Virus record (IMG/VR): IMGVR_UViG_3300045931_000225
Span: 1 to 31,900 of that record
Length of the DNA stretch: 31,900 nucleotides
DNA from: a virus
Lineage: Duplodnaviria; Caudoviricetes
Direction: 5' to 3' (one strand)
Shown here: in pieces, positions 1-9,100 of the stretch
Numbering within the stretch: the first letter of the stretch is position 1
Layout: each line of letters opens with the position of its first letter
The notes under the pieces: generated by a model
The model's input: only the letters and a program-made list of their open reading frames with translations
Told to the model about the DNA's origin: nothing
The model's database searches: none
Made by a program: the position numbers and the translations under genes

Positions 1-454
1 AGACACCACTCATAGAAGCATTCTGTGTTGTTTGATCGAGAATAAGGACACCAACAAGCGTAATATTCTTGCGTTTATCGGTCACAAGTGTGGTGCCTGT
101 CGTGCTGAAATTGCCGCCTTGCATGATCGCACTTGTCGCCCATTTGATGACATACACTTCAATGAAGTTGCCGACAACGTTAGGGTTGACGTTGACTTGA
201 AAGGTGCAATCAATATCCCAATCGAAGGGCTGTTGCGTTGCTGTTGCTCCAGAGATGGTGGATTTGTCGAATCTGTTGCTATATTTGCCTGCGGCATTGC
301 CCGTACTGTTGATGGGGAACGTAACCGTGCCACCCGAATCTTGAAAAGTGACTCTCGTACCTGCAACACGGAAAATCTTGTTTGGGGCTGCAAGCACAAG
401 GGTACTTGAGAGGAGAAAGAAACTTATCCATGCGAGGACAAAGTATTTTTTCAT
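1..454 (-). CDS. Signal-peptide-bearing beta-rich hypothetical protein (3' end runs off the window)
   Basis: Hand translation from ATG 454: MKKYFVLAWISFFLLSSTLVLA-APNKIFRVAGTRVTFQDSGG..., open to position 1; starts 1 nt after the upstream stop; absent from the ORF track. Confidence 0.8.
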   Translation of the reverse strand, partial: MKKYFVLAWISFFLLSSTLVLAAPNKIFRVAGTRVTFQDSGGTVTFPINSTGNAAGKYSNRFDKSTISGATATQQPFDWDIDCTFQVNVNPNVVGNFIEVYVIKWATSAIMQGGNFSTTGTTLVTDKRKNITLVGVLILDQTTQNASMSGV

Positions 455-455
455 G

Positions 456-1034
456 TTAAGGCATCCTTAATGCGTATTCAATATCGCCTTGCGTCAACAC
501 CCCTTGCCAACTTGCCACACCAGGATCCGCTTTTGTTCCTGCTCCCGAGGTGACAAAGAGCTTTTCAGCTCTCGACGTTTCTTTGCGACTCATATGACCA
601 ATATGCACTCGGTTCAGTTGCGCATCCCCTGTGCCAGCAAAGATGGTGAGTAACGCATCTCGGACGGTAAGCAGTCCTGGTGCTGTGGCATCATCACCGC
701 GAGAGAAGAGTTCAGTCCACCTTGGAATTTGTGCAAGAGGAAATCCCACATCAGTATTTTTAAAGGTTGTCCCTTCGCTTGAGGTGCCAAAAAGAATATC
801 AAGTCGTTGGACTTTATATTTATAGATATAGAAAGGAGGCGCAAGAGCCATGTTATATTTCTGGGTGATAACACCGTAATTCTTGGCAGCAACATCCGCA
901 GCAAATTCTGCTTGATTCGTCACAAGGATATCTGTTTGAATCTTCTTATAGTCAGCGTCAGTGAGCACAGGTTGTGCGAGGGCTACTCCAGAGAAAGCAA
1001 GCAGGAATAGCAGCAATACAAAACTCTTTCGCAT
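456..1034 (-). CDS. Hypothetical protein with signal peptide
   Basis: AAGGA RBS, then MRKSFVLLLFLLAFSGVALA-QP (basic n-region, hydrophobic core, A-x-A site); co-oriented in operon. Confidence 0.8.
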   Translation of the reverse strand: MRKSFVLLLFLLAFSGVALAQPVLTDADYKKIQTDILVTNQAEFAADVAAKNYGVITQKYNMALAPPFYIYKYKVQRLDILFGTSSEGTTFKNTDVGFPLAQIPRWTELFSRGDDATAPGLLTVRDALLTIFAGTGDAQLNRVHIGHMSRKETSRAEKLFVTSGAGTKADPGVASWQGVLTQGDIEYALRMP

Positions 1035-1044
1035 ACATGAATCC

Positions 1045-3369
1045 TTAGTTAGTAGCAATCACCTGATATTTTCCCAAGACACTTGAGCGTTCAATGCCAA
1101 CAATGAAATATTTCGTGACATCAGCAGGACAAGAAGCTGGAAAAGGCACATTAGGAGAAGCCACATAGACACCAGCAGTAGACCAATCGAGTGTTTGCGC
1201 TGACGTACACAGGAACTTATACCGTGTGAGCGTTCCATCAGCAGGCACCGCAGGAGGCGCCGCCACCACAATGGTGGTACTGGCAGCGGTGAAACTCATC
1301 TGGCACGTATGCGCGACGCGCCAATCACACGTATACGTTGTACTTGGTGACAGCGTCGTGACCCCTCGCCCGACCCCTGTAGTGGTAGCCACGAGTGTCC
1401 AACAGCTCTCGACAGCATTCCGCTTAAACTTCAGGCGATCATACGTCTTCACGCTGGCGATGTCCCCACTTGTTGCCGTAGGGAGTGCAAAGCCACTCAT
1501 GGCACAAAAGGCGGCGTTGTAGGCAATGGGTTGTGGCAGGGTGGATTGCAGACGATATTCGATCTCATGCTCTGGCTTGGGATTCGTCCCTGTGCATGTG
1601 GGCAGGGCGAGTGTAATTGCAGCAGTAATACCATCCAATGTCCCCACATCAGTCGTATCACAATCATACGCAACACTCCCCCCCGTGTTCACAAGGGCAT
1701 TGACCCTGGGGACGATTTGCTTATTGGAGACTTCTTTCGTGTTGGTCGTGGTCAGAATAATCGAAGGATCAGGAATGCCAGCAATAGGTTCTTGATAATC
1801 CGTCCCTGGAATAGCAAGACCTTGGACACCAGCTGTGATCTTCACAAGGCCAGTTCCAGTGGCTCTTTTAATTATTTTCCCTGTTGTGCCTGTAAACAAT
1901 GCCAGTTCATTCTCAACACTTGTGGTCGCCGTACTTGTGACATCACCTGTGCCTGTACCACCGCTCGGAGGAATAGATGAAAGTGGTGGTTGATAGGTAT
2001 TATGCCCTATTGTTACGGAAGCTATTGACACCCCAAAATTGATAGCTTCCTGCGTTGCTGCTGTACCGTCATGCTTAAAACTATGCCCCATGACCAAATC
2101 TCCAGCAGCTCCTACACGAACACCAGCCCGCCGAAATAGTCCCACATCTAACGCTCGACCGTTACCTAATGTTGTACCCCCCACTATGCCACTATAAGAG
2201 GCTTCTATATTGACACCACTCCATGAGCAATTCCAATAAAAACCTCCATTAATTATAATACCACCGAGATTATTGACAGTAAGAGCCAAGCAATCCCCTT
2301 GGTTCCGCATCACGGATGGTGTCAAAGCTGATCCTAAAGGAAAGCCATCCGCACGTCCTGAGAGTTCAATCCAGGGATTCGTGATAATGTGGCCAACTCC
2401 GTAGGTATTGAGCCACAATCCGTAGTTATTATCCGCACTACTTGCAATGTTGTAAAAGAGTAAGTCATTAAGAGGCGTAGTAGCCGTACCACTAAAAATA
2501 AAGCCGCCAAAGTCGTTGCCAAAGGTCCAAGAATTGTAGAAAAATGGTCCAATGCCATTCGCTGCTTGGGTGTTACTCCCAGCGAAGCCTACACCTTTGT
2601 TGAGTTGCGCCAGACTACCCACAACATTCCACTGAGCAGCGCTACAGGTAGTATCATAGACAAATTCAAATCCGTGGCTGTTGTTGTTTTCCGCTTTGAG
2701 GTCATTTGCGCGGGCAAATGCGGCACAACCAAGCACAAATCCTCGCCAATTCATTCGTGCATCTACCCGTTCTATAGTGGCGTAATTCACGCCAGCCGCA
2801 TTCCGAACGATAATTCCATCACCCCCAACAACGGCATGACCACTATGGGTCACCGTCAGATCAAGCAACGAGACATTGTTCGCGGTAATGTTGCTAATAA
2901 CTGGCACATTTGTTACGGTTTGTTGGAGTATAGTAGTATCGAGCCCCGCGCCTTGGAGTGTAAGGGGACGAGTGATCGTTAGCGGTGCATTAAGCACACA
3001 CGTACCTGGAGGTAGCATCAGACGACTTCCTAATGGGACCGTATTAAGTGCGTGTTGGAGTGCTGCCGCAGTCTGCGTAGTACTATCACATACCACGCCA
3101 TAAGTACGTGCATCTTCAACACTTCCACTAGGAGGGGAGAAACCTTCAATATGGGTTCCATCTACCCATCTCGCTATTTGGCCGGAGCTCGGCGTACCAC
3201 TCACCTGGACATCGCCCGTCCCGCCAGGCCCGCTAGGGGTCAGCCATTCCCCCTGACTCTTCACGCCGTTGACAAAATCCCAGACCACGGTTTCTTTGTG
3301 GATCGTTTGCGCCCAGACAACGACCGCAATCCCCAGCAGTGCCAGCGCGAGTAATCCCCAGCGTTTCAT
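1045..3369 (-). CDS. Tailspike/fibre-like protein with pectin-lyase-type beta-helix and N-terminal signal peptide
   Basis: Beta-helix start DARTYGVVCDSTTQTAAALQHAL...LPPGTC...LTLQGAG; N/G-rich repeats; fibre-type motif GDVTSTATTSVENELALFTGTTGKIIK; ATGA overlap with upstream stop. Confidence 0.8.
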   Translation of the reverse strand: MKRWGLLALALLGIAVVVWAQTIHKETVVWDFVNGVKSQGEWLTPSGPGGTGDVQVSGTPSSGQIARWVDGTHIEGFSPPSGSVEDARTYGVVCDSTTQTAAALQHALNTVPLGSRLMLPPGTCVLNAPLTITRPLTLQGAGLDTTILQQTVTNVPVISNITANNVSLLDLTVTHSGHAVVGGDGIIVRNAAGVNYATIERVDARMNWRGFVLGCAAFARANDLKAENNNSHGFEFVYDTTCSAAQWNVVGSLAQLNKGVGFAGSNTQAANGIGPFFYNSWTFGNDFGGFIFSGTATTPLNDLLFYNIASSADNNYGLWLNTYGVGHIITNPWIELSGRADGFPLGSALTPSVMRNQGDCLALTVNNLGGIIINGGFYWNCSWSGVNIEASYSGIVGGTTLGNGRALDVGLFRRAGVRVGAAGDLVMGHSFKHDGTAATQEAINFGVSIASVTIGHNTYQPPLSSIPPSGGTGTGDVTSTATTSVENELALFTGTTGKIIKRATGTGLVKITAGVQGLAIPGTDYQEPIAGIPDPSIILTTTNTKEVSNKQIVPRVNALVNTGGSVAYDCDTTDVGTLDGITAAITLALPTCTGTNPKPEHEIEYRLQSTLPQPIAYNAAFCAMSGFALPTATSGDIASVKTYDRLKFKRNAVESCWTLVATTTGVGRGVTTLSPSTTYTCDWRVAHTCQMSFTAASTTIVVAAPPAVPADGTLTRYKFLCTSAQTLDWSTAGVYVASPNVPFPASCPADVTKYFIVGIERSSVLGKYQVIATN

Positions 3370-5222
3370 GGGCACGTCACTCCTACGGTGAGGACACCAT
3401 TGTTGATACAGAGATACTTCGTGACGCCGCCTGTGTTATACGTGCCAGCTTCCGACGTCATCGTGTAGAGCTGCACCCCTGGATTAAAAAAGATGGTGGA
3501 GGCGTTCGCAAATTGGAGGACCGGAAACCCACCACTTTCATACGCCCGAAACAGTGTCGTTGGCCCAAAGATGACCCCGCCCGGCTGCATACTGGCGGTA
3601 AACGCGCCGCCATAGGACGGGGATGGATGGCTTGGATGGGCCACAATGAATTGATACCCGTCAATGCTAATATTGGAGCCGCTACTGGCATAGACGCCGA
3701 CGGCCCCGGCACCCCCCGTATTAAAATTCACGCAACGGATATTCGTCACAACGACCTGATTCCCACTCCCATCGGCTAACACACATTCCCGATCAAAATT
3801 GACCGTTTCGACATTGACGAACGTCCAATAGTTATTGGTGCCAAAGACAATCAGCCCGCCCGAATTGACCCCCGTGGTCCCCGCATGGGGATTGGACCCC
3901 ACATTGACCATCCACCCATAACTGCCGCTTTGATCGACAAAGACGCCTTTGTTGACGCCGTCAAGCTGAATCGTTTTGCCCGTAAACCCGGCGGACCCCC
4001 CATGGGCATTGGCCTGGAAATACAACCCGTAATACGAACTGAAGGAAAAGAAATTCTCCACATAACAGCCATCACACCGCCCAATCACCATGGAGGCGAG
4101 GTTGGCCGCTTGATAGCCCATGACATTCGCATCGCCTGACCAGAAGGGCCACATATGAATGTCATAGACGCGCGTGATATCCAGCAGATAGTCGAGAGCG
4201 ATACCGACCTTAAAGAACTGGCCAAAAATCTGGCGAATATGCACCCGCCCGCTGTTCACGGCGCCGACACTGATCTGCGCAATACCCCTGGTAGCCCGGT
4301 AGAAATACAGGTTCTCCAGGGTAATATCCGAAATCGCCAGGGTAGGATGGGTAATCACAATCGTATAGTCATAATCCACCGGCGCCCATCCAGGGCCAGG
4401 GTCCGGCTGGTCATGGTCAAAGGCCAGGTTGGTCAGGCCCGCGCCCGAATGTTCCAGTGAGAACGGACGAAAGCCCGTGCTACGGATATGGAGAAAGGTG
4501 CCCTCGGCTCTGTCGCTCTGGTTCATCGCAATGGAGGGGCCCCAGGCCGCGCCCTCGATCACGACCCCGCCATCCACAACCACGGCAGAATTGAGCGCAT
4601 AGCGACCTTTCGGGATGTGGACCCGCGCCGCCTGTTGCGCTTTTGCCGCCCCGAGGGCCAGCCGCAGCGCCGGGGCAATATCTGTGGTGTCATCCGCCAC
4701 GCCGCCATAGAGCGGGTCGGTCACGTCATACGTGCCGTTCCGCACATAGGACGAGGGCACGCGCCAATCGTCCACCGCGCTAATCACCCCACCTGCCACG
4801 GTGACCTTGGCGAGCATGGCCGCCCCGAAAAACGGGACCGGATAGCTGGCAGACTTCAGCCAGATATAGTGCGTCCCGCGTTGCCGATTCCACCCACTCA
4901 CCGTGCTAATGGTATCGGGATGGAGCGCCAGCCAGTACGTCCCATCGCCGCCCGTCAGCGGCCCGACTGTGGTAGCCGCCTGGCTCACCGGCGCCGACGA
5001 CCCTGGCACTTCCACCACGCCATCACAGGCAAACGCCGCCAGCGTGGTGGAGGACACGGGGACAGCCGGGAGACACCCCGTGACCATATAACTACCAGGC
5101 ATAATACTACTAAGCCTTTGACGCAACAGTTGAATCGCATCGGTTGCGGTCTCGTTCGCCGCCCAGGCCCCGCTGCACAGCACGAGCCAGACGGCTATCC
5201 CTCCCCAGACCTTCCTAGACAT
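3366..5222 (-). CDS. Tailspike-like protein with pectin-lyase-type beta-helix and N-terminal signal peptide
   Basis: YDVTDPLYGGVADDTTDIAPALRLAL...VHIPKGRY...VVIEG; AGGAGG RBS; follows the tail fibre adaptor gene. Confidence 0.8.
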   Translation of the reverse strand: MSRKVWGGIAVWLVLCSGAWAANETATDAIQLLRQRLSSIMPGSYMVTGCLPAVPVSSTTLAAFACDGVVEVPGSSAPVSQAATTVGPLTGGDGTYWLALHPDTISTVSGWNRQRGTHYIWLKSASYPVPFFGAAMLAKVTVAGGVISAVDDWRVPSSYVRNGTYDVTDPLYGGVADDTTDIAPALRLALGAAKAQQAARVHIPKGRYALNSAVVVDGGVVIEGAAWGPSIAMNQSDRAEGTFLHIRSTGFRPFSLEHSGAGLTNLAFDHDQPDPGPGWAPVDYDYTIVITHPTLAISDITLENLYFYRATRGIAQISVGAVNSGRVHIRQIFGQFFKVGIALDYLLDITRVYDIHMWPFWSGDANVMGYQAANLASMVIGRCDGCYVENFFSFSSYYGLYFQANAHGGSAGFTGKTIQLDGVNKGVFVDQSGSYGWMVNVGSNPHAGTTGVNSGGLIVFGTNNYWTFVNVETVNFDRECVLADGSGNQVVVTNIRCVNFNTGGAGAVGVYASSGSNISIDGYQFIVAHPSHPSPSYGGAFTASMQPGGVIFGPTTLFRAYESGGFPVLQFANASTIFFNPGVQLYTMTSEAGTYNTGGVTKYLCINNGVLTVGVTCP

Positions 5223-5242
5223 CGCGTCTCCTCCTGCGTGGC

Positions 5243-6109
5243 TTACAGTGGCGTCAGCGTCAGCCAGAACGCCGTGAGTCGTATCAGTCCCGCCGCGCCA
5301 AACAGCGCCCCTGGCGGGTTCGGCGTGATCACCACCGAACCCGCCGTCGCATAATTCGGCATGTCGGCGCGCATCTGCCCCACATTGTTCACGCTATCTT
5401 TCGTAATCCCGAGCGCGGAGCCCCAGCCGCCCCGGATGCCAGGCCCGCCCACATCGACACTCACAAGGCTGTTTTCGGTACTGAGACTTGTCACCACCCG
5501 GTAGCCCACGCCCATCAGCTTCACACCTGCGGGAATCAGCGCCACGGCGGTCAGAAATTCTGCCCCGCCCACGCTGGGCACCTCCACGGTACTCACGCCA
5601 TGCACTTCCCCTGTCCCTGGTGACACCGTCACCGTGGTCAGCGCACGATCAAAGAGCGTCAGCGCGGTCCCGCTGGCGGACCAGCCAATGAGTTTCAGCG
5701 GCTCCGGCCCTGGAAAGACCAGGTTGCGCAACACATTCGCCGCACTCACGGCAAACGCAGGCGATCGCGCGATACGTTCGTACAGGTCTTGCACCATCCG
5801 CGTCAACTTATCCAGCGCCGCCTCGTGGGCTTCCGCGCCAAAGGGATCACCTGCCACGTAATCGGTCTCTTGCGTCTGCGGCGTGACCCGGCGCAGGAAG
5901 ACGATTTGCCCCACGGGCGGCGCGTTGAAGAAGACGACATTCCCGCCTGTGGCACTGCCCACGCCCGTCACGGTGTACGCCGTGGTGAGGACATCGGCCA
6001 GGTAGACTTCGAGATCGCTGGCCGCGCCAATGCGCCAGGGGTAGGCAAAGGTGGTTTGTACCCCATCGCCGACGTAGAAGGTCCAAGGGATTACGGCTTG
6101 TTGCGTCAT
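5243..6109 (-). CDS. Tail fibre adaptor with T7 gp17-like N-terminal attachment domain
   Basis: YVGDGVQTTFAYPW...LRRVTP...EAALDKLTRMVQDL; TAATG coupling with upstream gene. Confidence 0.85.
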   Translation of the reverse strand: MTQQAVIPWTFYVGDGVQTTFAYPWRIGAASDLEVYLADVLTTAYTVTGVGSATGGNVVFFNAPPVGQIVFLRRVTPQTQETDYVAGDPFGAEAHEAALDKLTRMVQDLYERIARSPAFAVSAANVLRNLVFPGPEPLKLIGWSASGTALTLFDRALTTVTVSPGTGEVHGVSTVEVPSVGGAEFLTAVALIPAGVKLMGVGYRVVTSLSTENSLVSVDVGGPGIRGGWGSALGITKDSVNNVGQMRADMPNYATAGSVVITPNPPGALFGAAGLIRLTAFWLTLTPL

Positions 6110-9100
6110 TAGCGCGGGGCTCCTACCCGTAAGCGTTCCTCTTCCCGTCGCAATTGTTGTTCTTGCAGTCCGCGTAAGCGCTCGCGGTGCGGCAGAGGCG
6201 TCCGTTGCAAGTCCTGGAGCGCTTTGCCCGTCAAATACTGTTGGCGCAGCTCGGCATCATTCGCCATCAGTTGCGTATCGCCAAACTGCCGAAAGTCCCG
6301 ATCAATGCGGCGGAGGATTTCTTCTTTGTCGCCTTGCGGCCCCGGCATGCCTTCTTGGTAGCGCTTCGTGGTGGTCGCCCACAGCAAGACGGAGTACAGA
6401 TCGCCTGGCACAGCGGAGGGTAAGCGTTCCCCCGTGTGCCCGCCCACGTCCCGCCGAAGCTGCTCTACGGCCTTGTCATTCACTGTCATTCCGAGTTCCT
6501 GGATTGCTTCACGATTATTCGCGGCCAGCGCAACTCGTCGTTCATACTGTGCCGATGTGAGCACAATACGCTTGGCCGCATACGGATCAGCGGCTTCTGC
6601 CGCCGCATACGCATCTTCCGCCCCTTCGCCTGGCGCGTCCTGTGGCCCGCGTATCCCCAGCGTGCGGGTGGGCATACTGAGGCGTATCTGGTTGGCCAGC
6701 AGTTCCCGATCCAGCGGATCGCGGACGAGCGTTGTCACCTTGAGCGGGCTGATCGCTTCCGTAAAGCCTTCGACCCAGTTGAGCCAGTCTGGCGACCACC
6801 CCCACCCGAGCAAGCGCTTATCCCCCCATTTGTTGCGGTAATTCGGGAGGGCGGCGGCGGTGGCACTCTCTGGGAGCGGTGCCCACCCTGGCACTTTCTG
6901 CCGGAAGCCATCGGCCAGATCCCACGCGGCCTTCGTGGCGGGATCACTCGTTTTCTGCACGACCGACCACACCGCCGGTGCCAGACTGCTGAGCTGTCCC
7001 CGCGCAAACCCGCGCAAGCCTTCAAACTTGCTTTCCCCTTCAAAGGCTCGCATGGAGCGCGGTGCCATGATGTCAAAAAACTCCGACGTGCCGCGCATCC
7101 ACGACCGACTGCCAATATTGCTGATAATGGCAAACGCGGTGCCCATGACCGCGCGTTCCACCATCGAGACCTCTTGCTCCCCCCACGCTTCGATAATATC
7201 GGCCATAATCCCAGCGTGCTGGCCGACAATCGGATCGAGGCGTTGCAAGCTCACGTAGCCGCCATGCTGCCCCAGCCAGGGCACATACATGCTGTAGGGT
7301 TGCCACCCGGCGCGCACCATCGCGGCCCGCAAGTCTTTGTCTTCCGGCCCGCGCCCGGTAATCAGGCCACTGCTCGCCATCAGGCCAAACGTCGCCGCTG
7401 TGAGCGAGCCCATGAGCATCTTGCCCATGGCCATATCGCCTCGTGCCCCACCCGCAGCGATGTCGTCTCGGACTGACTTGAAGAAAAAGCCGAGAGGAGA
7501 ATTTTCCAGGGCATAGCGCGGGATATTCACGGCAATATGGAGGAACGGCATAATCATGCGGCCCAGGGGGAAGGGACCGAGGCCCGGCACATCGACACTC
7601 AAGTTTTGGATCGCACCTCCCATCTTGCCAATGGCCCCCATCATTTCGTTTTGAAACGTCTGGATCAGGGCATGCTGATTCGCGGCCAGGTGCATCTCTT
7701 CGGGCAGTGGCTCCCCCAGCACCCGCGCCATCGTGTCTGCAAACTTTTCTTGACTCGTCGAACCTTCGAGCATGGCCTTGCGGTAGGCCAGCGCTCCCAA
7801 CTCCCCGCCGTAGTTGAGCGTTTTGTAAAACTCATCCCGGCTCAGCATGATCTTGGTGCCCAGCCGTCCGCCACTGGCCAGGCCGACCCACTCAAACCAG
7901 AAATCCGCGAGTTGGCCATAGGGCGAATTCGGATCAATCGGCATGCCGTTGGCTTGGAGGTTGGCCACCGTGAGCGCTGGCCCTGTCGCTTTGCCCTGCC
8001 CAACCGGCTCCATGAGACCTGGAATATCTTTGCCATATTGAGGGAGCCCGGTTGTAAACGCTTCGCCACTGAGTTGCCAGGCGCGTTGCACCTGATGCAT
8101 GAGCCCGTAGGCATAGGCGGCGGTTTCCCCGAGCGTGATCTCCCCCGAGCCGACTGTCTGACTGTACACCCCCGCCATGAGCCGCACAGGGAGCGCCCAG
8201 GCAGCCGTCAGCGCATTGCTCACTTCGTTGGTGAGCCAGGTTTTCGGATTACTCAACATGCCCTGGTAATAGAGTTCCAGCACCATCCCGCCATAGCCTG
8301 GTGTGACGGCTTTCTGCGCAAACTTGACCGCTTCTTTGCCCCCCGCCCGTTGCAGCAGATTGATGTACTGTTGCGCCAGCTTATAGCTATCGAGTCCGGC
8401 GGCCTGTTGGGCAAGCTGCCCGACCATATTGAGCATCTGATTCGTACTACTCAGGGGATCATTCAAAATCCCGAGCGACCGTCCGGCTTCGGCCATCACG
8501 CCCAGCCGTTGCGGATGCGTTGAGGCCACCCCGCCAAACGCCGTCAACCAGTCCCGCTCTTCCTGACTCCCGGCCCCTGGCTGCGTCTGCCCCTGCTCGA
8601 CTTTCTGGATATACGCCGTCGCCAAGTCGCCTGTCTCAGCGGCAACCCGCCCAAGGGTGTGCACCAGGGCAGAGGTGGTCGTATCATCCAGGACAGTCCC
8701 CGGCATCAGTTCCCGCACATCGTCTATGGTAAACCCGCCGGATTCCACAAACGCTCGGCCTTCGTCGTGCACCTGCGCCCGTGGCCGTGTGCCCCGGCGC
8801 TGGTCCTGCGTCTGTGCCTCAAGCGTCTCGGCCATCGCGGCAATATCTTGATAGATACCCACCAACTCAGGGCTGTGAATCAAGGGGATATGTCCCGTGG
8901 ATTGATCGCTATAGACATAGTGGCCTTCGCCAATGCTGCGTTGCATGGCTTCCAGGAGCGCGGTTTTATCCGCCGAGCGCGTAAACCCCAATTGTTGCGC
9001 GGTCTCGGCCATCTGCTGTAACGTCATGCCATTGTTGTTCTGGAGTCCACCAAGCCCGGTTTCCTTACGCGAGATAAGGGCAGCCAACTCTCCGCGCAAC

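Noticed and set aside
1-6109. Diversity-generating retroelement as in BPP-1
   Set aside because: No reverse transcriptase or TR/VR repeat pair visible in this window
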